Below, piece by piece: positions 17,777-27,215 of a DNA stretch of 64,000 nucleotides; position 1 is the stretch's first letter, and every line of letters starts with the position of its first letter. A model generated the notes under the pieces. The model was not told the DNA's origin, made no database searches, and worked only from the letters and a program-made list of their open reading frames with translations. The DNA is from a virus (lineage: Duplodnaviria; Caudoviricetes), in IMG/VR virus record IMGVR_UViG_2850949226_000003, positions 1 through 64,000 of that record. One strand, given 5' to 3'. The position numbers were made by a program, and so were the translations under genes.

Positions 17777-18640
17777 TTGGGTGAACTTTTAAACATTGTC
17801 TTAGGTATTATCGCATCTGTACTAACCATAATTAGTTTTAAATCGGCAAAAGAAGCTTCAACTGAAATAACGCAGACTGGTGATAACAATTCTGTATATA
17901 TTGATAATAAAAAAGTCAATATAAATAACTTTTTGATGCCTACCCAAAAACAAATTATTAAAATAGAGCGTATTATCGAACGCGTTGTAGTGCGTGAGAA
18001 AAGGGAGAACTCTGCTGATATCATTTGGATCATCATTGCTTTTGTATTATTTACTTTGTTTGGTGCGATCTATATGAGTTATTCTTTTCTTTTCGCTACA
18101 ATTCTATTAGCTTTATTTGTATTTCGGTTCATTTTATACATCCAGTATTCGAATGCGATAAGAATTTACTCTGATTCATATGATAAAAGTAAATTCATCA
18201 TCTGCTCCATTCAACGTCTAATTTTATTTTGTATTCTTCTCAGCCTAATGTTTTTTTCAGTTCCTCAAGAATTGCAGAAGGTTGTTGCTCATACTAAATT
18301 TGATTTTTATTCCTTGCTAATGAAAGGCGGCGGAACTTCTTTAGCGAATTGGGCTGACGGAGTAATTAAATACATCCGAAGTATCTGGAATACAACTCCT
18401 TTTTATTTCTTCTTGTTTAGAAGTGTCGGAGTAATCGGCCTTACTTCTGGAATATGGTATATAACAGGTAAAAGCGTCTTGCCGATATATTCACATAATA
18501 TTGAAAGATGGAAAGCTTTATTGTCGGAACTTTGTTTTTTTATTTTTATCGCTATTGTTTTTTTCGCACTCTATCCTTGGATATTCTTAGATACAAAAAA
18601 CGCTGTAGAACCCATAGTGATTGAATGGTTACGGAAATAA
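17777..18640 (+). CDS. Multi-pass membrane protein (moron)
   Basis: About 6 hydrophobic segments, low GC, own promoter region and terminator AAGCCCT-TTAG-AGGGCTT-T. Confidence 0.75.
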   Translation: MGELLNIVLGIIASVLTIISFKSAKEASTEITQTGDNNSVYIDNKKVNINNFLMPTQKQIIKIERIIERVVVREKRENSADIIWIIIAFVLFTLFGAIYMSYSFLFATILLALFVFRFILYIQYSNAIRIYSDSYDKSKFIICSIQRLILFCILLSLMFFSVPQELQKVVAHTKFDFYSLLMKGGGTSLANWADGVIKYIRSIWNTTPFYFFLFRSVGVIGLTSGIWYITGKSVLPIYSHNIERWKALLSELCFFIFIAIVFFALYPWIFLDTKNAVEPIVIEWLRK

Positions 18641-18704
18641 ACTATATAAGCCCTTTAGAGGGCTTTTTTTATTGTGATGAGAAGTTGAAGTGAGCACCAA
18701 TAAA

Positions 18705-18733
18705 TTGATTCTTTATTATAACTAAAATAAAAT
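18705..18733 (+). promoter_or_regulatory. sigA promoter with TTATAAC in the spacer
   Basis: TTGATT-17 bp-TAAAAT; a second GTTATAA next to the RBS. Confidence 0.65.
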
Positions 18734-18768
18734 TAAGTCGTAAAAACAGTTATAAGGAGGGCGTCTAA

Positions 18769-19014
18769 ATGGACGTGATGGAGTACATTTTTAAGAAAGC
18801 AATTATTGAGGGAGCGAGAAGCAACACTGAACAATTGGTCGAAAAATTTAAGGCGGGAGAAGAACTAACCAGAGAAGAGGTTGAACGTCTCCTGACAACT
18901 ACTGTTTGTGCATTAGGTATTATCCGGGAGGAAATCCTTGAGCCTGTTCGTGAAGAATTTGAAAAAGACCCGTTTTTTCAACCATTTAAAGATACAGATG
19001 GTCCATTGCATTAG
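18769..19014 (+). CDS. Hypothetical protein
   Basis: RBS AAGGAGG. Confidence 0.7.
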   Translation: MDVMEYIFKKAIIEGARSNTEQLVEKFKAGEELTREEVERLLTTTVCALGIIREEILEPVREEFEKDPFFQPFKDTDGPLH

Positions 19015-19078
19015 AGATGGCGAGAGGGCTTCGGTCCTCTTATAAATAAAAAGCCACGACCAGAAAGGATGAGAGAGT

Positions 19079-19267
19079 GTGGAAAATGGATTAGCTACTA
19101 CAATAAGTGAAATTTTAAATGCACTAAGTCCATTTATTATAGGTTACTTAATTTTTTCTGTAGTGTTATTTGTTTTCGTTTTTTCATTCATTATTTTTGT
19201 TGCCATTAAAGTGATAAAGGGGCATAGGGAGTTTGAGAAGCGGAGAAAAGAAAATGGTAGCGGTTAA
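19079..19267 (+). CDS. Small membrane protein
   Basis: Single long hydrophobic segment and basic tail. Confidence 0.65.
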   Translation: MENGLATTISEILNALSPFIIGYLIFSVVLFVFVFSFIIFVAIKVIKGHREFEKRRKENGSG

Positions 19268-19291
19268 AATGCCGTTCGGAAAGGACGAAAA

Positions 19292-19531
19292 ATGCAAAGA
19301 CATAAGCTGAAAATTTTGCCGGAGTATTTCGATTATGTTTGTACCGGCGAAAAATCTTTCGAGATAAGGAAAAACGATCGGGGTTTTAAGGTCGGTGATT
19401 TGCTGGAGCTTCACGAGTATATTCCCGAGAAAGATGAATTTACAGGACGGGTTGTAGTTCGTGAAGTAACGTATATGACTGACTACGCTCAAAAAGAAAA
19501 TTACGTCGTTATGGCTATTGATATAGCTTGA
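19292..19531 (+). CDS. ASCH/PUA domain protein (DUF3850)
   Basis: HKLKILPEYF..V..GEKSFEIRKNDRGFKVGD.L.L.E...FTGR signature. Confidence 0.88.
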   Translation: MQRHKLKILPEYFDYVCTGEKSFEIRKNDRGFKVGDLLELHEYIPEKDEFTGRVVVREVTYMTDYAQKENYVVMAIDIA

Positions 19532-19543
19532 CACGGGAAGGAG

Positions 19544-19741
19544 ATGGCGAAATTGACGGAAGAACAAGTGTATGAATTTAAGTCAACACTCGATTTTTTT
19601 CTCGAAAATATGGAACTCGTTGCTCACCAAGTCGAATTGAATGCAGTTTTAATGAGAAAAGCAAAAGATGCACTCATGAAAGCGGGTTTTACTGAAGAAC
19701 AGGCATTAGAAATCATAAAAGCAAGAGGGGCAATGTTGTAA
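19544..19741 (+). CDS. Hypothetical protein
   Basis: AGFTEEQALEI motif common in phage small proteins. Confidence 0.7.
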   Translation: MAKLTEEQVYEFKSTLDFFLENMELVAHQVELNAVLMRKAKDALMKAGFTEEQALEIIKARGAML

Positions 19742-19799
19742 TAAAAATCAATGGTTCAGAGAAGAAAAGGTGGAAAAACGGTGACTAAAGAGTTAATAA

Positions 19800-20057
19800 A
19801 TGTTGGTTTATATGGTGGTAAAAGCATATTCAGGAGGTAGAGGGATGAGAAAACCAATGGTGTTGAGCGAAGAAGAGGTATTGAACAGTGTAGGAACAAT
19901 GATGATAATGACTGGTGCAACGCGGTTGGTTGAACATGAAGGAATGACACCGCACGAAGCTTTACAACAGATGGAACGTGTAAAAAATTCGGTGTTTCAT
20001 GTGCTATCTGAAATCCATCGCGAAGTAAATCAAGCGGAAAAGGAGGTAGAGGAATGA
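19800..20057 (+). CDS. Hypothetical protein (start probably MRKPM)
   Basis: RBS GGAGG; translationally coupled to the next gene. Confidence 0.65.
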   Translation: MLVYMVVKAYSGGRGMRKPMVLSEEEVLNSVGTMMIMTGATRLVEHEGMTPHEALQQMERVKNSVFHVLSEIHREVNQAEKEVEE

Positions 20058-20374
20058 ATTATAAACTAAGTCCGAGACTTAAACGATATTTCGATGATAT
20101 TGAAATAAAGAAGATGATGAACAACAATATTTTTGAGTTTCAAAAGAAACGACAGGAATTTTTCAATTCAGAAATTAGAAGGGTGTTCGATCATTTCGGT
20201 TTAACGTTTGATGAAGTGAAGAAGCGCGCGAAGTTCGGAACCGATATAGACGGAAATCAGATTCTTTGGATTGACGATAAACAAGTTTTGACCTTTTCGA
20301 TGCCGGAGATTTCAGGCGCTCAAGTGATACAGCGGGTCAAGCGGCTTTATAAGGAGCGGCGGAATGATGCCTGA
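20054..20374 (+). CDS. Hypothetical protein
   Basis: ATGA overlap, RBS AAGGAGG. Confidence 0.7.
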   Translation: MNYKLSPRLKRYFDDIEIKKMMNNNIFEFQKKRQEFFNSEIRRVFDHFGLTFDEVKKRAKFGTDIDGNQILWIDDKQVLTFSMPEISGAQVIQRVKRLYKERRNDA

Positions 20375-20723
20375 AAAAATAATTGATGAAGTAAATTATT
20401 TAATGACTTTGACTGATGATGAATTAAACGAATTATTAATTAGTGAAAAATATAATAAAGCAAACTTGCGCGAGCTGGTAAGACGGACTTTGAAGGTTGC
20501 GAATGAGTATAAAAAAGCCTTTGAGTACGAGACAAGCGAAGAGAAAAAAGAAACTGATGAATCTTTAAAGCGTTATGACCGAATGGAGGCGGAAAACGAG
20601 CGGTTGAAGAAGGCGCTGAAATTAATCCAATCGAAGTCGGAGCTTCCCGAAGAACCAGTCGATTTAGTTCCGATTACTGAGCTATACGAAATAAATTTAC
20701 ACGCAAAGGAGGCGCTAAGATGA
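20364..20723 (+). CDS. Hypothetical coiled-coil protein
   Basis: RBS AAGGAG; EAENERLKKAL. Confidence 0.7.
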   Translation: MMPEKIIDEVNYLMTLTDDELNELLISEKYNKANLRELVRRTLKVANEYKKAFEYETSEEKKETDESLKRYDRMEAENERLKKALKLIQSKSELPEEPVDLVPITELYEINLHAKEALR

Positions 20724-20818
20724 GCGAAATTAAATAAAGCAAAGGAGTTGATGCTCTATGTAGCAATATGAGGATGTTTACTACAATTAAGAAAAAATCA
20801 AACAAAGGGGATTGAGAA

Positions 20819-21668
20819 ATGAAAGGTATTGCAAAACTGAATAATTTGTTCTCTAGGATTAAGTTTCTTCCGAAGACGGGAAATCGACTGAAGCAAACTT
20901 TTATTGAAGGGGGCAGAGTGTTGCAACCGACCAAAGCCACGACACTCTACCACCCGGCGCTTCCCAAGAGTGAGAAGCATACCAATTATATCATGTTTTC
21001 TCTCTTTTTTGCAATTCAGCTTTTACTATCGCCTGTCGTCCAAGCGGCTGATAAATACCAAAATTTCGCGGAATTACAGGCAAACGAAGACCCTGCAAAC
21101 TATAACATCGAGAGTGTAAGTCATGATCACTCTGTTCTTATATTCGCTCCGCATGGTGGAGGTATCGAAGGGGGAACAAGTGAAATTGCACGTCACTTGA
21201 GCGCAGGTTATTCGATGTATCTGTTTGAGGGACTAAAGTCTTCTGGAAACTTCGATTTACACATCACAAGTACAAATTTCGACGAACCCACCGCATTAAA
21301 AATGATCAGCAAACACCAATACGTCATATCTCTTCATGGTTATCGGGATAATAAAGAGCATGTCATTGTTGGTGGCTCTGACACCCTGAATGCGGCTCGC
21401 TTAACGGAGATTTTAAATGATGCAGGAATTTCAGCAGAACATAGAACAAGCGGCTCTCTAGCTGGAGTTGATCCGGGGGAACATTGCGAATAAGTGCATC
21501 ACAGGTAAAAGCATCCAGATCGAGATGAGCACACCGTTACGGAAATCCATGTTCGAAACGTTCACATTATCAGGAAGGTCTGGTTCTCAAAACGAAAGAT
21601 TTTATTTGTTCACTAATTTATTAACGACTTTCATCAAGGACACTTATGAAAGCGGGGTAAATGAGTAA
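20819..21668 (+). pseudogene. Poly-gamma-glutamate hydrolase (PghP/DUF867 family), frameshifted
   Basis: APHGGGIEGGTSE, LHITSTNFDEP, SLHG motifs; one extra G in CCGGGGGA (21475-21479) separates GVDP from NIANK...SIQIE in the 21468..21668 frame. Confidence 0.85.
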
Positions 21669-23422
21669 TGTTTACATTTATCCCGGCAGAATGGAATATC
21701 TTTACGGACAAAACGAATGCAAAAGAAACAACTGATGGTTTGAATGCTGTAATACACGCCGCACAAAAAGCAGGACACACTGAAATTTTTATTCCTAGAG
21801 GGAATTATTTAATTGACGGTGTAAATGAAACAGGGAAAACGCCAGAGGAAGGTGCAGGGATTCGCCCGCCTTCTAATATCAAAATCCTTATGCACCCCGA
21901 AACGGTTCTCAATGTAAAACCGAACGGTTCGTATGGGTATTCTTGTTTCCATCTGGAAACCGTTGAAAATGTCACGATATCAGGCGGGAAGATCAGAGGG
22001 GACCGGTACGAACATGATTTCACAGGGCATGGGGACCTCAAAGAAAAAGATACTCACGAATGGGGATTCGGAATTAATATCCAAGGTTCAAAAAATATCA
22101 TCATCGAAAATGTAGACATCACAGGTTTAACAGGAGATTGCATTTTCATATGTGCTAAAGGTCTGCTTAATGTCCCTTGGACAGATTACACGCCATCCCA
22201 AAACATAACCATCCGAAATTGTATTCTTGATGGATCACGCCGGAATAACATTTCTGTAACAGCCGGCGAAGGAGTTTTGATTCAAAGAAATGTTATCACA
22301 AACGCAGGAATTAATGATGGATGTAAACCAGGATTCGGTATTGATATAGAGGGGTATGGAGAAGGGGATATTGATTTCGAAGAACCGAAGAACATCATCG
22401 TTTCCAAAAACACTTTTATCGGCAATGTTAATCAGTCAGCCTGTAATTATAACGGGTATGGAGTGGTGTTCGAGGGGAACTATTCTGACAATTCCATTTC
22501 ATACGGGTATGGCACCGACACAGTTCTGTTTGATAACGTATTTAGTCGTGAGGACAAAAAGCAAGTTGCCATAACTGCTTTAGGGGTTTCTAACGGTAAG
22601 AAAGCCAATAATGTGTCTATCAAAGGGAATGTAGTCAAAGGCTTTAGTAGTGGTATAGATGCGCGTGGAAAAGGTATTGTCGTAACGGGGAATGCACTTT
22701 CAGAATTAGGTGGCGTTCCGATATCGACGTATAAAGCTGAAAATATCCTTATAACAAATAATATCGTTCACGAATGCAAGGGAACTCTGTGCAAGACCTT
22801 TCAATCAGGCGATGTTTTCATTCAAGGAAATAAGTTCAGCGATTCTGATGTAACTGCTTTCGAAATTGTGGATTCCGTTAACGTTAAATTGTTAATGAAT
22901 GACATAAGGAAATCAAAACAAGGTTTTAGGATCATGAGTTCAAGTGCAAAAATAATGGATAACATCATCGACTTATCAGAACATGAATCTCCGTCATACG
23001 GAATTTACTTTGACAAGTTCAGTGATGTAATTATGAAGCGGAATCATTTTGAAGGTCTGCGAAACATGGCTATCTACGGAGACAGCAAAGAAGGTCGGAA
23101 AGTCGAATTGAAACAAAACGTTATCAAAGATTTCCGGGCCATTATCCCGGTCTATATTGTCGGAGGAAAAGATCATAAAATCACAGACAATGACATCACT
23201 TTTAATCGTTCTTCGGACGGAGGATACGGCATCTATCTCAAAGATACAGATAACGTTATGATAGCTGGAAATTCTGTTCTGAATAATTCTCCGTTCAAAA
23301 TTGCAAGCCACATTAAGACGAACGAGTCGGTTAATTCTAAAGTGATCAATAACACTTTGTGCAAAAGCGGTAAATTACTTTTGAATGAAACCGATTCAGA
23401 GTACGGAAATATATTGATCTAA
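21668..23422 (+). CDS. Right-handed parallel beta-helix (pectin lyase-like) protein, SPbeta YorA-like
   Basis: IFIPRGNYLI, GGKIRGDR, HEWGFGI, RRNNIS and many I..N repeats; follows a pgh gene as in SPbeta yoqZ-yorA. Confidence 0.85.
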   Translation: MFTFIPAEWNIFTDKTNAKETTDGLNAVIHAAQKAGHTEIFIPRGNYLIDGVNETGKTPEEGAGIRPPSNIKILMHPETVLNVKPNGSYGYSCFHLETVENVTISGGKIRGDRYEHDFTGHGDLKEKDTHEWGFGINIQGSKNIIIENVDITGLTGDCIFICAKGLLNVPWTDYTPSQNITIRNCILDGSRRNNISVTAGEGVLIQRNVITNAGINDGCKPGFGIDIEGYGEGDIDFEEPKNIIVSKNTFIGNVNQSACNYNGYGVVFEGNYSDNSISYGYGTDTVLFDNVFSREDKKQVAITALGVSNGKKANNVSIKGNVVKGFSSGIDARGKGIVVTGNALSELGGVPISTYKAENILITNNIVHECKGTLCKTFQSGDVFIQGNKFSDSDVTAFEIVDSVNVKLLMNDIRKSKQGFRIMSSSAKIMDNIIDLSEHESPSYGIYFDKFSDVIMKRNHFEGLRNMAIYGDSKEGRKVELKQNVIKDFRAIIPVYIVGGKDHKITDNDITFNRSSDGGYGIYLKDTDNVMIAGNSVLNNSPFKIASHIKTNESVNSKVINNTLCKSGKLLLNETDSEYGNILI

Positions 23423-23640
23423 GAATAAAGCTGACGAATATTATGATAAGAGGGGGATTGCGACATGTTCTTGATATTGATTTTAACAGGCTTATTTGTT
23501 GTTGACGCAATAGGGATTGGACTTCGGTTGCATCTTACGCATTTTCGTATATCCCCCTTTTAGTTGTGATCACTGCGGTTTCGATATTTATGTCTTTCTA
23601 CACAATAATCAAATGGATGGACAAATAGGGGTGTGTCAGT

Positions 23641-23793
23641 ATGGCTGATGAAAAAGTTTGCTCTGTGTGCGGAAGAGAAGTTTTCCCTGACTATAATTTC
23701 TTTGATCGAGATGAAGTCTGCGATAGATGCTGGAAAGAATGGGAGCAGGAAAAGAGAGAACAGGAGCATGAATATTGGAGATCGAGGTTATGA
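23641..23793 (+). CDS. 50-aa Zn-finger protein (not in the ORF track)
   Basis: MADEKVCSVCGRE...EVCDRCWKEW; RBS AGGGG. Confidence 0.65.
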   Translation: MADEKVCSVCGREVFPDYNFFDRDEVCDRCWKEWEQEKREQEHEYWRSRL

Positions 23794-23838
23794 AACAGCC
23801 GATTATTTGCTTGGCTTAGGCGTTTAGAAGAATGGAGG

Positions 23839-24072
23839 ATGAAGATGAAAGAAGAATACGAACATCCAACACACAGGTTCAACAGTAACGGAGAATTGGT
23901 CCCTATTCAACCGCCTTTAAGCAGGAAACAGCGCAGGATGATCAAGCAAGTTCAAAAACGCAGAATCAAAAAATTAAAGAAAGCAAGACTTCAATTAGAG
24001 CGGGAGAAGATTAAGTATGACCAAACGGAGAAAGCCAAAACTAAAAGAAAAAATACGGGTAGTGACAGATGA
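23839..24072 (+). CDS. Basic hypothetical protein
   Basis: RBS GGAGG; SRKQRR motif. Confidence 0.6.
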   Translation: MKMKEEYEHPTHRFNSNGELVPIQPPLSRKQRRMIKQVQKRRIKKLKKARLQLEREKIKYDQTEKAKTKRKNTGSDR

Positions 24073-24297
24073 TTTCGACCATCCATTTAAATCAAATACA
24101 TTGGTCGAGGTAACAGAAATACTGATTATGGTGTTGTTTGGGCGAAGGATAAGTCGGGTATCTTAGGTTGTTTAATTCCTGATGATTATGTTTTTGAGGA
24201 CTCTATAGAAAAATAGAGTCCTTTTTATAACCAATTGGTTGAATTATTATGGTTATAGTGATAATATTCAGATATAAAAATAAAGGGAGGAAACTGG

Positions 24298-25044
24298 ATG
24301 TTCTTTTTGCATGATATTTGGATTAACTGGATCGAGGGAGCGATTAAAGGGTATCAAGTACCAGAATTCTTCGAATGGCACGCTAGTGATGATGTTACTC
24401 TTATGGATGTTATACCATTAATAAAAGTTGAGGAAGGGTTCTTCGATTACGTTGAAGATGGGATTAACGAATTGCCGTCTGATCTTATGCAATTAGTGAA
24501 AAACAGTGCTTGTATGTACAAAAAGAATGAGAAGGTCAATATGAGCGCGTTCGTCATAACAGATGGCAGGAGGATTTTAGCTGTCGATCCTGTAGATTCG
24601 AATTCTCCTTCCAAGAAGAGCAGACTAACTCTTCGTCATGAGCGGAAGATTTTGGAGATGGTCGAAGGAGTAGAGCCTTTGAAGTTTGAGTACACCCCAC
24701 TTCCTGAAGGTGATTTTGATTTCTTCAATGCCCCCGAACAGTTTATGTATGGTTTGACGAGGACCGAAAGAGAAGTGAAATCTTTGATCTTTGAAGGATT
24801 AATTTTAATGTATCCTGATGAGGATATCGCTAAATTAAGATACCTGTATCATGAGTGGGATTATAACAGTATAGATTCGATTAATGATTTAGAATTCAAA
24901 GACTTAATGGTTAGGTTATTATCGGAGGTTTCAATTGGTTTTCACCAAGGTCATAAAGACCTTGCTAAAGCGATTGCTAATACAGATGATATAATAAATT
25001 CAAAGTACAAATATATCATTGAAAGGAAGAACATGATTGGCTAG
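24298..25044 (+). CDS. yjbA: YjbA/MdfA (DUF3603) family protein
   Basis: M.FLHD.W.NW.EG...GY.V..F.EW...D.V.L.D..PL, TDG..ILAVD and KSRL..R.E match B. subtilis YjbA as recalled. Confidence 0.85.
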   Translation: MFFLHDIWINWIEGAIKGYQVPEFFEWHASDDVTLMDVIPLIKVEEGFFDYVEDGINELPSDLMQLVKNSACMYKKNEKVNMSAFVITDGRRILAVDPVDSNSPSKKSRLTLRHERKILEMVEGVEPLKFEYTPLPEGDFDFFNAPEQFMYGLTRTEREVKSLIFEGLILMYPDEDIAKLRYLYHEWDYNSIDSINDLEFKDLMVRLLSEVSIGFHQGHKDLAKAIANTDDIINSKYKYIIERKNMIG

Positions 25045-25459
25045 GAAAAGTTGGGATCAATATTTTATGGAGCAAGCAGAACTTGTCTCTACCCGCGCGA
25101 CTTGCGACAGGTTGAAGGTTGGTGCTGTTCTAGTTAAAGATAACAGGATAATTGCTACGGGTTATAACGGTTCTATTTCTGGTACTGCTCACTGCGATGA
25201 CGTAGGCCATCTTATGTACGAGAATGGTTGTAAAAGGACAATACATGCGGAGTTTAATGCTATTTTACAATGTGCGAAATATGGTGTTGCCGTAGATGGC
25301 GCCACGGCTTATGTAACTCATTATCCATGCCCGTCTTGTATGCAAGCTTTAAATCAGGCTGGCATCAAGAGAGTGGTTTATAGGTATTTCTATAAGCATA
25401 GATACGAAAACGATTTTGATCAAGGGATGGAAGTGGTTCAATTTGAAGGGGATAATTAG
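25037..25459 (+). CDS. dCMP deaminase (ComEB-like)
   Basis: RATC.RL.VGA, ATGYNG, HAEFNA, PCPSC. Confidence 0.92.
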   Translation: MARKSWDQYFMEQAELVSTRATCDRLKVGAVLVKDNRIIATGYNGSISGTAHCDDVGHLMYENGCKRTIHAEFNAILQCAKYGVAVDGATAYVTHYPCPSCMQALNQAGIKRVVYRYFYKHRYENDFDQGMEVVQFEGDN

Positions 25460-25712
25460 AAGAGTCGATGTTTTAGGTAGGATTGTATTACCGAAGGCTT
25501 TTAGAGAAGCTTGTGGTATTAATTCAGGAGACGAAGTTGAAATCGTTATGAAGGGGAACGGTATTTATCTTCAAAAACACAACAGATACGCTAGGTGTGC
25601 TATGACGGGGGAAGTTACAGAAGATATCAAGGTATACGGGAACGGAATTTTTTTGAGTCGAAAAGGGCGTGAACAATTATTGGAGGATTTAAAAAGAGAA
25701 GGGGATTCTTGA
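25416..25712 (+). CDS. AbrB-like transition-state regulator
   Basis: GIIRRVDVLGRIVLPK..R...I..GD.VEI, then C..TGEV and LS..G.EQL as in AbrB/Abh; start probably TTG near 25443. Confidence 0.88.
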   Translation: MIKGWKWFNLKGIIRRVDVLGRIVLPKAFREACGINSGDEVEIVMKGNGIYLQKHNRYARCAMTGEVTEDIKVYGNGIFLSRKGREQLLEDLKREGDS

Positions 25713-25835
25713 GAAGCAACCTTTAAAACTAGGTACTGTTATAACCGTATCGATTTGATTTTAACATTATATTAGTTATAAAATTAAGGTATAAAGATTT
25801 GATTTGAACTTCGTGGAAGAAATGGAGGAAACAGA

Positions 25836-26069
25836 ATGAAAGTCAGGGTTAAGGAGTTAAACGAAGATAAAGCGATCTTGGAAGTTCATACTACCAGTGG
25901 AATTAAGGAATTGGTTGTTTCAAGAACGCAATTTGGGCATTCTTATGACGACTTTTCTTCTTGGGATATTTCTGATCAGAATTATTACGACTTAGAAGAT
26001 TTGGTTGATAATGTGATAGCTCGTATGAGTGGAACCGCATCGTCGTTGGAAGTCGAATGGGAGGTTTAA
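25836..26069 (+). CDS. Hypothetical protein
   Basis: RBS GGAGG. Confidence 0.7.
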   Translation: MKVRVKELNEDKAILEVHTTSGIKELVVSRTQFGHSYDDFSSWDISDQNYYDLEDLVDNVIARMSGTASSLEVEWEV

Positions 26070-26269
26070 GAATGAAAATTATTTCGAGAAAAGAAATGAA
26101 TGCCGCTGATTTTGCTTCCGAATTGTTTGGGGTTATTCCTATAGGTCAAGCTAAAGAAATTTATCGGAATATTGAACATTATACAGAGGCTAAGAAAAAC
26201 ATCATTATTGACCTCTTGAGGGCAAACCCAAGAAAATACATTGCGGCTTTATTAAAATATGACGACTAA
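26057..26269 (+). CDS. Hypothetical protein (start probably MKIIS)
   Basis: RBS GGGAGG. Confidence 0.65.
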   Translation: MGGLRMKIISRKEMNAADFASELFGVIPIGQAKEIYRNIEHYTEAKKNIIIDLLRANPRKYIAALLKYDD

Positions 26270-26477
26270 AACATTCGATGACTTATATGCCGGGGTATAT
26301 CTGGATGTGGTTCATGACAAGGATTATATCTATTCCTCCGGCTTTGTTGGTTTTTGTAAGGTTTGCAATCGGTTAACCCGTTGGACATCGATCCTATATG
26401 GGTGCTACGCATGTAGTGAGGAATGTATAAGGCATCTCGATAGGAGTGGGTATTTTGATTTCATGGAAAGTGATTAG
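26259..26477 (+). CDS. Small Zn-binding protein
   Basis: CKVC and CSEEC. Confidence 0.65.
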   Translation: MTTKTFDDLYAGVYLDVVHDKDYIYSSGFVGFCKVCNRLTRWTSILYGCYACSEECIRHLDRSGYFDFMESD

Positions 26478-26856
26478 GGATGATGCTGTTGTATTCGAGG
26501 GACCTATTGAACTTGCAGTATTGCACTTGAAACAATTTGGAGAGAAATTCAAACTAAAAGTCTTTATAAAAGAAATGGAGATATATGTTGTTGATTCGAA
26601 AGTCGAAGTAAGCAGATCAGAGCTTATAAAACAAGGTATGAAGAGAAAACAAATAGAAAAATTCAGGAAGTACAAGGGTTTCGTTAACGACCCCGGTTAT
26701 AAATTCTGTACCCATTGCAAATTGAGCAAACCCTTAGATGCTTTTGGTTTCAGGTCTAATAGCGAAGACGGCAGAGCAAGGCAATGCCGCGAGTGCGTGA
26801 ATAAAAAGGCAAAGAAGTATAGGAATCGCAGAACGAGGAAGGAAGAAGAAAAGTGA
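26446..26856 (+). CDS. Protein with a C-terminal CxxC..CxxC Zn finger
   Basis: KFCTHCKLSKPLDAF...DG...QCRECV, as in the N-termini of phage HNH/EndoVII proteins; no nuclease domain seen. Confidence 0.65.
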   Translation: MGILISWKVIRDDAVVFEGPIELAVLHLKQFGEKFKLKVFIKEMEIYVVDSKVEVSRSELIKQGMKRKQIEKFRKYKGFVNDPGYKFCTHCKLSKPLDAFGFRSNSEDGRARQCRECVNKKAKKYRNRRTRKEEEK

Positions 26857-27164
26857 AATTGCAGAATGTATTGGAAAAGTTTAAACAGCAGGGAAATTAT
26901 GCAGTGTCTCTTTTTTATGGTGAAGGTATGGGGTGCGACGATTTAGGTGTTCCGCAAGAAGAGAGAAAGATTCAAATAGTCATGCACCCGGTTGGATATT
27001 TAGGTGGTGTCAGGAAGTTGGTTGTAACTAATTTGAAGGAATTAGAGGATTTTGATTTTGAGCAAAAACCTAAAGTTATCAGTAACCCACCGGAAACCCA
27101 TGAGTATTCAGAAAATGGAGTTTATATTTGGGGAACAGAAGAGGCGATTAAAAAGTTTGTTTAA
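26853..27164 (+). CDS. Hypothetical protein
   Basis: GTGA overlap with the upstream gene. Confidence 0.65.
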   Translation: MKLQNVLEKFKQQGNYAVSLFYGEGMGCDDLGVPQEERKIQIVMHPVGYLGGVRKLVVTNLKELEDFDFEQKPKVISNPPETHEYSENGVYIWGTEEAIKKFV

Positions 27165-27215
27165 CGATCGATGTATAGCTTCGAGGACGCCTTCGCCAAC
27201 ACAACCGTTTGATCT

